This document shows positions 37,791-50,461 of a DNA stretch of 64,000 bases, piece after piece. Below the pieces are notes generated by a model. That model worked only from the letters and a program-made list of their open reading frames with translations. It was not told where the DNA came from and did not search any database. Numbering within the stretch: the stretch's first letter is position 1; every line of letters begins with the position of its first letter. A program made the position numbers and the translations under genes. Source of the DNA: Utricularia gibba (Eukaryota > Plantae > Magnoliophyta); contig NEEC01000015.1 of the NCBI GenBank assembly GCA_002189035.1, positions 992,001 to 1,056,000 on the forward strand, in the 5' to 3' direction.

Positions 37791-39595
37791 ATGGGGGACG
37801 AAGAGAGGTTCTGTTCTAACTATATGCTGTTGCAACCGGAGAAGTTCAGCTTATTGGATTTCATCAGAATATTTAGAGGTGATGGAGTTCGGAGGAGGGA
37901 GCTTATGGGAATGCAGCGGCCGGTGGAGGAGGTGGCGGAGGGCTTTGCCGGGGATGGCTTCTTTTCATTTCTTTGTTGCTTCAGAGATTGCTTATGTTCA
38001 TGAAGAAGCCATTGGCCGCCGCCGGATACGTGATCGAGCTCTGCCTGAACTACCCCCGGGCTAATGGAGGATACAAGAAATTGATCTGGAATCTGATGAC
38101 AGGTGATGCATGGGTCTATTCGAAAAATTTTGAACAAGTTGGCTATATGCATCCTCCTTTTTGCAATCCTTTTTTGTTTCTGATGAATGAATGAATTGTG
38201 TGTTTCAGGAGGGAAGGTGGTGAGACCTGATAGATCCTCCGCAACCTTCTTATCAATGATCGGAAACTTTGACAACAGAGTGGATTTGGACAAGAGCCTT
38301 GCGAACCCAAGCAACAAATATTACGCATCCCTGGCAATGATGGCTTCCAAGATATCTTACGAGAACTCCTCCTTTGCTCACAGTGTAGTCAAGAATAAAT
38401 GGCAGGTAGGGTTTCAAACAATGCTTGTTCAGGAGTTTGTCATTTTGAGGGTTTATAGCAAAAAGATGACTGAAGTTTATTGTCTGTGGCATTGGTGCAG
38501 ATGACGTTTTTGGGATTTTTCTCCTTCTGGAACGGTAAGAAGCACACCCTTTTTGCGATCAACATTTCTAAAAAAATGTATACATATATATGTGACTGAG
38601 AAATGAAGCAACTTTGTGACAGATTACCAAGAGTTGAACGCAAAGGCTGCCTTCATGTTCCAAGACAAAGCAACAGATCCGAATCTAATCGTGGTGGCTT
38701 TCAGAGGTACTGAGCCTTTCGATGCGGATGCATGGCGAACGGATGCCGACTTATCCTGGTTCGAGTTTGAAGGGGTCGGAAAAGTCCACGCAGGGTTCCT
38801 CAAGGCTCTTGGAATGCAAAAGTCTAGAGGGTGGCCTAAGGAAATTCCCAAAGCATCTGATGGGAGACAGTATGCTTACTACTCCATCAGGGAGAAGCTC
38901 AAATCGATAATCCAGGAAAACAAGAATGCCAAGATTGTGATCACAGGGCACAGCCTCGGTGGCGCAATGGCGATTTTGTTCGCCGCCGTCTTGACTTTTC
39001 ATGAAGAGGAGCTCCTTCTTGATAAGCTTGAGGGAGTGTACACTTTTGGACAGCCAAGAGTGGGAGATGAACAATTTGGGGAGTACATGAAGAGGAAATT
39101 TAAGGAGTATAATGTGAACTACTGCAGATTTGTCTACTGCAATGATCTTGTTCCAAGGTTGCCCTTTGATTATGGATTATTATTCTACAAGCATTTTGGC
39201 CCTTGCTTCTATTTCAACAGCCTGTACAAAGGGCAGGTATGGTATACATTGACTATTGATTTTCTTTTATTTTTTCTCTGGTTCCCATTGATAATTTCAT
39301 TGAAAAAAAACAAATGTAGGTACTTGAAGAAGAGCCAAACAAGAACTACTTCTCCTTGATTCAGCTTGTGCCGAAGATTTTGAATGCGGCCTTCGAGCTG
39401 ATCAGGAGTGTCTTCATGCCATGGCTACTGGGCAAAGCCTATGAAGAAGGATGGCTGATGAAGATGTGTAGGGTGATAGCTTTCTTGTTTCCTGGTTTAA
39501 TCGACCATTTCCCCGTAGACTATGTCAATTTAACAAGGCTCGGGGAGCTGTCCAATGGCAAGAGTCCTCAAAATCTTGAAGAAGAAGAAGACTAG
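37791..39595 (+). CDS. Class-3 triacylglycerol lipase (OBL1-like); one apparent frameshift in exon 1
   Basis: Exons 37791-38102, 38209-38405, 38501-38534, 38623-39236, 39320-39595. Motifs VVAFRGTEPFDAD, VHAGF, ITGHSLGGA, YTFGQPRVGD, NDLVPRLP. Confidence 0.9.
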
Positions 39596-40055
39596 GTTAC
39601 ATTGGAACGCTCTGTAGCATATTTACTTACAATCATGTTGGTCTGGGTAATGTTGTGTTCTTCAGTCCTTGATTCTTTTGTATATATACTCCCTACACCT
39701 CTGTCTTTTCATTGAAATCAATGTTTTCCAGATGATGAACAAGAATATTGGTCTGGAAATTCACTTACAAAAGAATTGAATTGAGGTTTTTGATCCCTGC
39801 TCTGTGTCAGCCTTGTATTCAGGGTCATAGCAGCAGAGTAGCAAGAGCCAGGAACAATGATTTTTTCTCACCCCAGAACTTTGAAATTTCCATTTGTGCC
39901 AAGGAATAACCGTTGGTTCTTTCCACTCCCTTTCCCTGAAAAATGAACATGGCAATTTAAAAATGAGCTTACCAAACGAACCCCCACAATCTAAATCCAT
40001 AATCTGTCAAAAGAGCAAGTTGATTGCAATATTATATTGCAGTTTCAAGCATGGT

Positions 40056-40953
40056 TTAAGCCTGGAGAACACTAACCAGAGCAGCATCCTTTAAAGGTCC
40101 CCAATACTCAGTTCTATTGTACTTCTTGGAGCTTGAGTGGAAGTAAACTCTAACAATAGCATCCATTAATTCCTTGTTTTTCCTGAAAAACTCCGAATCT
40201 CCGTACAGCAAAGCCTCAAGAACCTATAGGCAGGCCATGATCAGCGTATAAGGCAACATAATGACCCTATAACTAATCACAGACCAAGGAATTTGGCTTA
40301 CCAGTGGCAATTCCTTCGAGAAGATGTGGTATCTGAACTCTGCAGCCATTTCCTGAAGCTTCGACTGTTTTCCACTAACGTAGCAATGCACGTTTAAGAA
40401 TAGGTTTCCATCTACCTCAGTCCATTCGGCAACAACATCATCTTTACTGTACCATCCTTTCAACTACAATACCAGAGGAATAACATTCACATTCATATTT
40501 ACAGGTGATCATGCTAATGAAAAGGATTCATTTACCTGATCACGATGAATGATATTTGAAATGGTAAGAGTTAAGTTAGCCGTAAAATCACAATGCGAGA
40601 GTGTGTAAGTTCTCGGCACAATTCTTGCAGGCTGACGAACTTCATCCCCCACGAATATAATCTTAAGCTTCGACGCTTCGAATGCAGCCGGAGTAGGCAA
40701 TAGTCTAGCAGCCTTTGAACAAGTTGGATACACAGAATAAAGATGAACACCGAAATCCAGGGAGAAACAGAGTGCATCAATCATACCCAACAAACATTGA
40801 TCAAAATCGAACCTGGAATACAAGACCATTGTAAAAGGGTCTCGTATCAGTAAAGGTAGAAGTGGGGTAGTTAGCAGCCGGTGTGGCAGTTGAAGTCCTG
40901 GTTTCGCGGCTGTAGATGCAGTAACGGGAGAATGTCGTAGCCTGCGCAATCAT
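40056..40953 (-). CDS. SGRL: Magnesium dechelatase STAY-GREEN-LIKE
   Basis: Exons 40953-40813, 40712-40536, 40463-40302, 40223-40077, plus an uncertain terminal part (read-through to 40056 or a further exon toward ~39761). Motifs AFEASKLK, PRTYTLSHCDFTANLTL, KDDVVAEW, RYHIFSKELPLVL, VYFHSSSKKYNR. Confidence 0.88.
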
Positions 40954-41435
40954 CTTACCATAGAATACTCATCAGGATGACATCTGTAGAACGAGCTAAA
41001 CTTTCCCTGCGTTTCTCGTAAGCATTATCACAAACACCTTCCCTGCAACTTCCCCACCTCGCGGCCGTGAAGAAAACACGACGCCAGCCGCTTCTTGATG
41101 GACACCCACACAATCCTCTTCATATCAACTAGAAGAAATGTAGACCACTCGTTCTCAGTTCGAAGGTCAGCAGAATCCATCTAATGCTCGCTTATTGGGC
41201 CCAATTTCCAGCCCGTTTATATGGTGATCCAAACTACATGTCTAACCCCATGTTTAATTAATAATATAGTTAAGTTATTTATATTTAAATAAATACATAT
41301 AATATGGTTATAATTTAAAATATGTTCGATATATAAATTTTTAATTTTAAAAAAATTATTATGTTCAGTAATTGTATATGAAAAATGAATTTTAATAAAC
41401 GTAAATAAGAAAATTATACGATTATTTTACAAATC

Positions 41436-41454
41436 ATATATATATATATATATA
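41436..41454. repeat. (AT)n microsatellite
   Basis: ATATATATATATATATATA. Confidence 0.9.
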
Positions 41455-41790
41455 GATTATATAATACGTATCTCAAATATACGCATATTTATAAGTATAT
41501 ATAGGACATTTATAACAATATAATCACTTTAGAATTTTTCTTTATTAAAAATGAAAGATAAATGAGATATTTAAAAAATAAAATTGACAATCAATTATGG
41601 ATAATTAAATGAAAATGACTTGAAAACCTTGAAAATATGAAAGATTCAAAGCATGGTCAATCACACCCACAACACAGATAGAGTTTTCTCGGCAATTAGG
41701 ATATTCTGGGCGTGTACATGAGTGAAGAACTCATGCAAATTCGCCCAATAAATCGGTAGAAGATGATCGAAACATCGAGGAGGAAAAGGC

Positions 41791-42492
41791 TCATAGAAAT
41801 ATGAAACAGTCAAGCGCGATGACAGGATTATTGACATCTTCCATTTCTGGATTCTTTTCTTGACAGAAACGAGGAGAAGGTTTAAAATGGGGATGATCAT
41901 GGCTTCTTTTACTCGCGATCACGTCCGAGTAACGAATCGGGCTGTCCCTGAAACTCTCCCTTTTCACCCGATTGGGAGGGGATTTAGCTGCCGCCTTGTG
42001 CACAACCTGACGCCGAGTTGAATTCTGGTGAGTGGAAAAATCTGCACTTCTTCTCTTACATTTCTTGTCATGGAGGATTCTGTCTGGAGATGGAGATCTG
42101 AACCCGTCTTTATGAGAAACGCGATCTTTAGTCATGCTCCTCCTCCTTGCAGGGCTGCATGAGCTTGAATGGATATGTTTCAGAAGAATTGGCGGTGGAT
42201 CGTAAATTTGGATCTTCACTTCATTTGCAACGGGTAAGTCATCTAGCATGATATCATGGGAGAAAGACGGATCGTCCTTGGACGAAAACGACGTCGTGCT
42301 TGAGACCAAACTGGATCCTCCATTGATGGAGGATGAGAGCAGAGAAGAGGATGAAACAGAGGATGAGATGGGTGAAAGAAGCTGCTTTTCTGTGGGTACA
42401 GAGGAAATGGGGTTCTGCAATATCACGAGCTTGTCGCTGAAACCTCGCTTCGATTTCTTATTATCTCCGAATTTGCTGATGCAAGAGCCCAT
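41791..42492 (-). CDS. Intronless Ser-rich plant protein of unknown function with MGSCISK N-terminus and NPVIALDCFIFL C-terminus
   Basis: 233-aa ORF. The N-terminus fits Gly2 myristoylation plus Cys palmitoylation; the C-terminal (S/A)L(D/E)CFIFL end is typical of a plant family. Confidence 0.82.
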   Translation of the reverse strand: MGSCISKFGDNKKSKRGFSDKLVILQNPISSVPTEKQLLSPISSSVSSSSLLSSSINGGSSLVSSTTSFSSKDDPSFSHDIMLDDLPVANEVKIQIYDPPPILLKHIHSSSCSPARRRSMTKDRVSHKDGFRSPSPDRILHDKKCKRRSADFSTHQNSTRRQVVHKAAAKSPPNRVKRESFRDSPIRYSDVIASKRSHDHPHFKPSPRFCQEKNPEMEDVNNPVIALDCFIFL

Positions 42493-42910
42493 TTTTTTTG
42501 CAGAATGGAGCGAAGAAGTTAGCAGCTACAAGGTTGTAATAATCTTACAAGGGAGAGGGTCAAAGAGCAGCAGAATAAATGGCTTTTACTTTGGTTTTCT
42601 TCTTTCTCTTTTTACAGTTTCGAATGATGCTGCCGGGATTTAGTACCGTTGGTGCAACGGATATTTCTGTTTCTTTTTTTTTTTGGTAATTTAAATAAAT
42701 GGTTAATTTGATATAAATATGGGCCGGCTCAATTTTATGTATTGGGCCAACGAGCCCGAAAAAAGGGGTTAGAGTTCCAACCCAACAACATTCGAGAAAC
42801 TGGGGACGGCGGTGTTTCCCAACAAGAATCGGAAGAGCGGGGTGTTGCAGTCGACTGCCGCCTGAAACCTAAACTCGGCAACTCGGATACGTTTTTTGAT
42901 CAAATTAGTT

Positions 42911-44291
42911 ATGGGGAAGAAGGCTGAGTTAGCTAAAAGGAAAAAGATGGAAACTGATACTGCTGCTGATGTGTCGTCTAAGCAGGGTAAGATCAATGGA
43001 TCCCTATGTTTTGGTGGCAGTTTGCAATTTCTAAATGTCGTAATTTTCTGGGAATTGTTTTCTGAGGTGTTCGCGTAATGCGGCTGTAGAAAATTGGGAA
43101 ATATGACTTCTTTTTAGTGTCTCCGTAGTATCTGAAGCTCGTATTTTTCTTTATAAACGTAGATTATATCAGATTAGCGGTCCATACAATCTTCTTTGTG
43201 TCGTCTAGGGTCAAAATTTTGCAAAAAAGATCTGTTTCATTGTCTTCTTTCGATTATCTTGAGCTTTGAAGGGTGAGTGATGGTGTGGTTTTCTTGTGGT
43301 TTTTAAGTTATCGGTGTTCAAACTGGAGACCAACTGACGGATGAACTGAATGAGCCAACCATGGGAGAAAAACTTGCTAGCCTCAATGTGCCAGATGGGA
43401 AAATTATAGCTCCTCCGATGAAGCCACCTAGTGCTGACTCACTATACATTTTACTCAAACAAGCACTCCGAGCGGATGATCGAGCCCTGATTATAGAGTG
43501 CATGTATAGACAAGATCAAAAGGTTTGGATATATTTTTTCCGATTTCCTTTTTTATGCTCATGAGTAAGCTATTCTGATATAATACAGGTGATAAAAAAT
43601 TCATTGGCTCTCTTGGATCCTTCCGATGCTCTCAAGTTGTTGCAATACCTTGTATCCATAATTCATTTGAGGTAATTGGTGAAGAAGTTCTACATTTTCA
43701 AAAGTGTTCAATCTCCTCTCATATTCAGTTTTTCTGTATCGATTTATCTGGAGGGATTTTGTTTGTGCTCACATTACAGGGATCCGTGGTAACATGTGCT
43801 CTACCATGGCTCAGAAGCCTGCTTCTTCAGCATTCAACTCATATAATCTCCCAAGAGGCTTCTTTAGCTGCACTAAACTCATTGCATCAGGTAAAGGAAG
43901 CACTTTTTTCTACATATATGACATAATAATAAATAGTGATCATCTTCACTGTCCAAACCTATGCAGCTAATAGAATCTCGAACTTCGAGTCTTAGCACTG
44001 CTGTTAAACTCTCAACAAGCTTGGACTTGCTGTATACAGGGGTGAGTAAAAACCACACACTTCCAGTGCCAGTTGATTATCTCGTTTAGACATAAGCAGG
44101 AACACTTACTAATCCATGCTTTTCAGATGGCTGATGATGCGGCGGAGGAGAATGACCCAGTCGTGCCTGCCATATACCGGGATGAAAGTGAGGAAGAGGA
44201 ATCTCTAGATTTCATGGATGTTGAAGATGCAGAAGATGATGATGAACCTAAACTACTTGGCGATATCAGCGATGGGCAAATAAGTGTCTGA
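42911..44291 (+). CDS. Utp12/Dip2-domain (UTP5/WDR43 C-terminal-like) small-subunit processome protein; one apparent frameshift
   Basis: Exons 42911-42986, 43308-43522, 43589-43671, 43780-43890, 43967-44041, 44127-44291. Motifs EPTMGEKL, PPSADSLYILLKQALRADDRALII, CALPWLRSLLLQH, acidic tail. Confidence 0.8.
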
Positions 44292-44649
44292 ATTTTCTTT
44301 TGAAGGCCTATCTGGCCCACGGCCGGTTCTCAGGTGGGATGTTTCTAGATGGAGAGCCATTTCTGAACATCAGAATATTACCAAGTAATGAAACGAAATA
44401 GGAACAAGACCCATTCTTGCCAGTTTAAGCAAATGTTGTAATAATAGTTAGCCAAGCTTCAACGTTGTAGGACTTCAAGAGATCCAATGACTTTTCTTGC
44501 AAATTTGACTCAATCCCATGGCATAACCTGGTTGTTTTGACTTGTCATCCTTTTGAACGTTCTTCATTCGGTGTGTATATGTACGTGTCTGTGTTAGGGC
44601 AATGATACTCAATACTTCAAAGCTAACTCTAACCCTGCAGCTTCTTGCA

Positions 44650-44952
44650 ATGGCGTCCAACCGCGAGGCAGGCAGGAAGAGAAGACAGACCCACTCGCCA
44701 CAGCCACAGCAGCGTCCACCTCTCATCATCTACGAGGTTGCTCCAAAGGTCATCCATGTACAACCCAATGAGTTCATGTCTGTTGTGCAACACTTGACTA
44801 CTGAACCCAACCCCATGTACAACCCACATAATCCGACTCATCAACCTCCTGGATTGTCGCCGCATTCGAACCATTCCTCCGGCCAATACCCTGATCACAG
44901 CAACAGGTTTGATGCATTTCCATACGCTTCAAGTTTCTATAAGCCTTCTTGA
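44650..44952 (+). CDS. VQ motif-containing protein (tandem copy 1)
   Basis: Intronless 100-aa ORF: PLIIYEVAPKVIHVQPNEFMSVVQHLTT. Confidence 0.85.
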   Translation: MASNREAGRKRRQTHSPQPQQRPPLIIYEVAPKVIHVQPNEFMSVVQHLTTEPNPMYNPHNPTHQPPGLSPHSNHSSGQYPDHSNRFDAFPYASSFYKPS

Positions 44953-45955
44953 TTTGATCTATGATGATCTCAAGGGCGTTCATCCTGATCGACTGCATGC
45001 CACTCCATATTGGTTTGGTACATTATAGCTCCTTTGCCTAGAGTGCTGCTTTAGTATCGCATTTTCCTTTCAGTTCATTGTGTTGTTGTAATAAAAGCTC
45101 CCGAGTTCCACTCTAAAGCTCCTTTGTTCAATCCTGTCTCAACACAACACGAACACATGAAAGTGGCAATTCATGAGCTGCTATACTTTCTGAAAAGTAC
45201 ATACCAACTAAAGATGGATGGGGATTATCGAAAATATCAGATGACATGATAAAAACAGGAACTTAATCTAATGAACTCACGCAAGTTAAATGGTCCAAAT
45301 CACCACAATACAAACCTTGAGTTTTGAAACTTTGTAGTTGCAAGCTAAATAATGTGCAACCATCCAAGTATTTTGAACATAAACACAAAAATCCCATCTT
45401 CGCTAGAGCGACAACCGATGAACGAGCAAGACGAACCATAATGCGGACCACAGCGCATACTTGAAAATAGAGGAGCTTGGAGCTCCAAGGAATAGAAACA
45501 GTCACATTTTTTTCTGTACAAAAGGCAACTACCATCTCAATTGACTTGGTCATGTACCAAGCTAGCCATATATTAAAGTGAAAATAGAGTGTTTGGTAGT
45601 TCAAAAAAAAATGATTATGATGCATATCACATATAATTGAGATCGAGCCTTAAAGGAAAATAAATCACGAACTATGCTCGTACGGACGAGGAGACAGTGG
45701 ATCCGGTCAAGTTCTAGTCTAGGGATGGTGTAGGGTGACAAGGAACTGCCCCCGGGAATGAATGGAAACTTATTGTTTGACAACTTCTTCTCCCTTGAGA
45801 CTCCCCATTAAAAAAATTGATTCTTGACCGGGTCAGGGTTCCAGTCCCTTGACGTTATCTCCTGCACGTATGTATAAATATGTCGTTGGTTCGAACCCCA
45901 TGCTTCATAGCAAGGAGCTTCCTAGATCATAAAAATCAGACGCAGCCAGCTAGCC

Positions 45956-46336
45956 ATGATGAAATCCAGCAAAGACTCCCACCGGAAGAGAAGGCCGACG
46001 GCGACTCAGCCACCGCAGCCACGGCCGCCGGTGATCATATACTCGGAGGAGCCCAAGGTCATCCACGTGCAACCCAACGAGTTCATGTCCACCGTGCAGC
46101 GGTTGACTTCGGAATCGAACCCCAACTACAATCCGTACCATGGCAATGTGGCTGAGCCCAGCCAGGGCTCGGGACAGCACAACCACACTTTCAACGCCCC
46201 AGACTACGCGCCTCCTCCGAGCTACGCCGCCGGCTTCTACGACGATTACGGCAGCGGCGCGTACCAAGGCGTCAACGACTACGATGCGTTTCCCTTCTCT
46301 TCGAGCTTCTACGACCCCCGGAGACCCGATATGTGA
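45956..46336 (+). CDS. VQ motif-containing protein (tandem copy 2)
   Basis: Intronless 126-aa ORF: PVIIYSEEPKVIHVQPNEFMSTVQRLTS; collinear with copy 1 through the shared DAFP(Y/F)xSSFY end. Confidence 0.88.
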   Translation: MMKSSKDSHRKRRPTATQPPQPRPPVIIYSEEPKVIHVQPNEFMSTVQRLTSESNPNYNPYHGNVAEPSQGSGQHNHTFNAPDYAPPPSYAAGFYDDYGSGAYQGVNDYDAFPFSSSFYDPRRPDM

Positions 46337-48306
46337 CGATCGCGGAAGCGCTGAGGGCCGCCGCTTTTCTGAAAAAAAGACCATCTATCTCATCATTTCA
46401 GTCGAAACCCGCTTCAGTTTAAACCATGTTCTCCAAATAAGGACGCAGACAAACGTAGCTGCCCAGGAATCATTTGTTTGTTCCCTCGTCTTTTCTGTAT
46501 TTTGTCAGCAATGTAATAGGAGCTCTCAGCTCTTCTCTTCAATGGTATTGGTGGTGATTAGGAAATGAGATCTTCCGAGATCCACATGATACAGGGAGCA
46601 TACAGACAGTACTCCACTTAAACCTCGTCTGAGCAAGAAGAAGACATAGGAACCAATGCATGCTTGTGGTTATGAAACACGACCACCCCTTGGGAACTGA
46701 CACCAACTGTCCGAAAAATGGAAATAAATACAGAAAGCCAAATAAAGAAGGGAAGCTTTTATCTATATAAAAATTACAACTTACGTGATGTAAGGTCCCA
46801 CATAAGGAATAAAATACAAATTTAAATTTAAATAATAAATTAAATATGATTGGAGTTTTTCTTTTGCAAAAAAACAATGAATTCGAAAAGCATGTGTTTT
46901 TTTATAGAGTATAATTAAAAAAAGATCAACTATCATATGTTTAATAAAAATTACCTGGTTGAAGTTATACAAAATAATAATAAAATTGGATTTTTTTAAA
47001 ATAATAAAGATAAATATATTTTCTAATCATCATAACATATGAGTTTGTGTTTCATATCACTCATTTACTAAATAATAATATTATTAGCATATTTAACACA
47101 TAATACTAAATACAAATTCTTCATATATAATTTAATATATAATAATATTTCATATTTTATTAAATAAGTATTTATTCATCTTTCTATGAGACCAAAGGCA
47201 TCCAAGATAGGTTCCATGAATCTTTTAACATTCTTATCATTTACAAACTTGATCATTTTCTCTCACATACATTAAAATAAAAATTTTATATTAAAAATGA
47301 TCAATTTTTTCACGTATATATCACGTGGTTAGTTAGATTACATCGAAATCGTCTTCTGTGTCCAATTTTAAACAAAGCAAAGGAGCATCCATCCACTCGG
47401 TTTGGTTTGGACCAATTCCGATGGTGACTCAACGGCAATAATCATTTTGAAAACGATGATTATCATGTTTTAAAATAAAACAAAATTAATATCCGATAAC
47501 CCGGGGGTTAGGTTCTGAACCGGTCCAACCTGAAGCCGGGTTTTCAGGTAGGGAGAAAATGGAGCCCGCCCGCCTGTGTATTGATTGCTTGGGCGGGTTG
47601 GAGTTAAATTGATTGGCTGGGGGCGGAGGCCGGTGATGGATGGCGGTTGGTTGATTGTAATTCTCATTACCGGTCAATTATGTGCTCCATTATGACCAAA
47701 ATGCTCTCCGGACCGGGGATGGGGCCCCCAGTTGACTCGGTCACACCCATCGGACATTCATCGCCTCTCTAGGGCTGCGCCCTGCCCCCTAAAACCGTGT
47801 CGGATCCGTTGACTTCAGTAACTTTGATCCTAATGTACTCCGAGGGGTCATCCGTACACTTTAAATTTAAATTACGGGTGATCGATTTTTTTTTATATAG
47901 GGATTAGTTGTATTATATAGCGAATACTTGATAAATGTTTTGAAGTTGCAGAATACTGTTTGACCGCGATTAAAATAATGATCTCATTATTTTTAAATAT
48001 ATTATATTATATGAAAATATTAAATAATAATTGAATTACGATTTAATCGTAATCAAATCATTATTTAATTTTTTTATGTTTTGGAATGATTTTAAATCCA
48101 ATGTGATCAATATCATGAACGATTCGTGGTTCAATCATGGTTTTTAGAATTTGGTTTTCCGTATATTTAAATATTTTTACTATATTTTTCCCTTCATATC
48201 CAAAATTAACAAAAAAAACCCCTCATTCAATTCTGAGTTCCAGTCATGGTTCGTTCGTCGACACCTTATCACATGTGACGACTGCATGACGCAACCTTTC
48301 ATCAGA

Positions 48307-48326
48307 TGTGTGTGTGTGTGTGTGTG
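48307..48326. repeat. (TG)10 microsatellite
   Basis: Ten perfect TG units. Confidence 0.95.
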
Positions 48327-50461
48327 TAATCTATATGTGTATTGCAAGCATGGCGGAGCTTCGCACATCATTTTCAACAACAATTTGGTTATCTACCACG
48401 GAGTCCTGAAAATGACTCCAGCCGTAAGCCAAACCCCTAGCGGGCACAAATCGTCGTATATTTTGTTGTAAATCGAATATCAAGAAGAATAAAAGATTAA
48501 ATACTGTATTAAAATATTTTCTGATTCTCTAATATTCAATAGGTTATTTGAAAATTATCTTTCAATATCATAAATCAGTTAAATATATATTTAATTGACT
48601 CTATGTCCAACATATTCCACGCAAGGATTATGAAATCACACGTTGGCTCCAACTTGTAGCGATTGTATTGTTTGCTGTCCCTTGTTATTATTTGGAATTT
48701 GCGACATCAGCATTGATTCATAATCCCCTCGCTGCAAGAACACATGCAAGCGGTGTTGGTTCTATTGAGAAGGTTCAGCTGATTTTCATTGCGTGGAGTA
48801 TTTTCGAAGAAGAAGACCAAGGGAGGATGGAGTATGTCAGAAAAAGCTTTATTGAATCAGTATTTTATTTAAAAACAATATCAATTTAGAAATATTTTAT
48901 TATTTTCAGTGAGAAGAAAATTGTTTTTAGACAATGGATTTTACAAAGAAAAAAAAACAAATTACAAATTGCAAATTGTGGCTTCGTTGGTGAAATATAT
49001 GTAGTTATCTATTTTAATTTTCAAAATAGATGAGATTAGTATAAAGTCGATAAAATAGATGATTTTTAATTTTATAAGTTTTAATATTAGAAAATGATAC
49101 TTTAAAAAAAAAAAAAACGTTTTTAATTTTCGTGTTTTACTGTATAAACTATTTTAATTTGTAAAATATATTAATTTAGAATAATTTGGAAAATACCCAA
49201 ATAAATCATAATTAAAATCAATATAATATGTGAACTAAATAAATGAAGCAAATAATTAAGATGATAAAATTATCAAAAATTAAAAATACATATGATAAAA
49301 TTAATATTTTTGAAATAAATACAATAAAATTAAAATTTTTATATATTTTTTAAATTCAAAAAGATAATTTTTTATATAAAATTTTTTAAATATAATCTAT
49401 TTGAAATCAAAACATCATCTATTTTATTAATATTTTTTAAATCTTATCTATTTTGAAAGCCAAAATAAAAAAAAATACATCTAATTCTCATTTAACAGCT
49501 ACTAAATATATATGACTGCCAAAAAGTATTTGTCTTTTACATTATTCACTCGTTATATAAAAAATGACTGAAATACCCTAGCAACACACGTGACCGTCCC
49601 TTGGTTTTTGGCGTAGCGTGGGAGTTGGATCCTTTTAGAGAGAGTCCGACCCGGATCCTTGATTCGGAAAGTGTGTGAATTCCGAGTGTCACCTTGTCGG
49701 GGTCCCTCTTTTTAACCCCTGAGCGGGCCGAGTTGGCCGGTGGTGGATTTTACCAAAAGATTTACCCGCAGGCTACGACAAGCGCAGAGCAGAGCAGAAG
49801 CAGAAGCAGACAGACTGCGTGTGAGAGATTTCATGGATGGGGCGTGGGTGGGTAGGTCCAGAATTCAATCCAATCCAATCGCTGTGGCTGCACCCAGTGT
49901 CCAGCCCTCCAGGCGTAGGGCTGTAGCCCTACGGCTCCGTCGCCCGAACCGGGGCAGGGAGGGTATCCCCAGGAAGATCCACGTCCTTGGCGAGCTTGGA
50001 GGATAATGTATATGCGAATATCCCTCACCACACAAACGCGCATGCATCTGCTTCGGATAAGGAAGGAAGAAAGGAAGGAAGGAAGGGCATGCAACCCCTC
50101 CCTCCCTCCCTTTAAGTTTACTGCTAAAAAAACAAAAAACAACAATATTTGAATGTGTTTTATGGTATCAAACACAGATAAAGTGGGTTTTATGGTATGT
50201 GTTTTGCTTGCAGCACGTGTGTTTGATACGGTGATTTATTGCAAAATACACGCCTTAATGTGTGGTTTTAATTTTAATTTTAAAAGCACGTTCTAGAACC
50301 AAATAAAATGTTATCAAAAATTGGGAATTGATGAAAGGAAAAAAGTGTGGAATTGGGGTAAAACCAAAATGTATATTAATTTGGGAAATAAAAAAAAATC
50401 TCTTATTCGTCTATAAGTTGCCTTCTCCTCGCTGAATTTGGCAAGCTGAGACTATGCATAC

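Noticed and set aside
30944-44291. Ribosome-biogenesis gene cluster (RimP-like, SBDS, Utp12-like)
   Set aside because: They act in different compartments and are interleaved with unrelated genes; three such genes among 18 is not evidence of an operon-like cluster.
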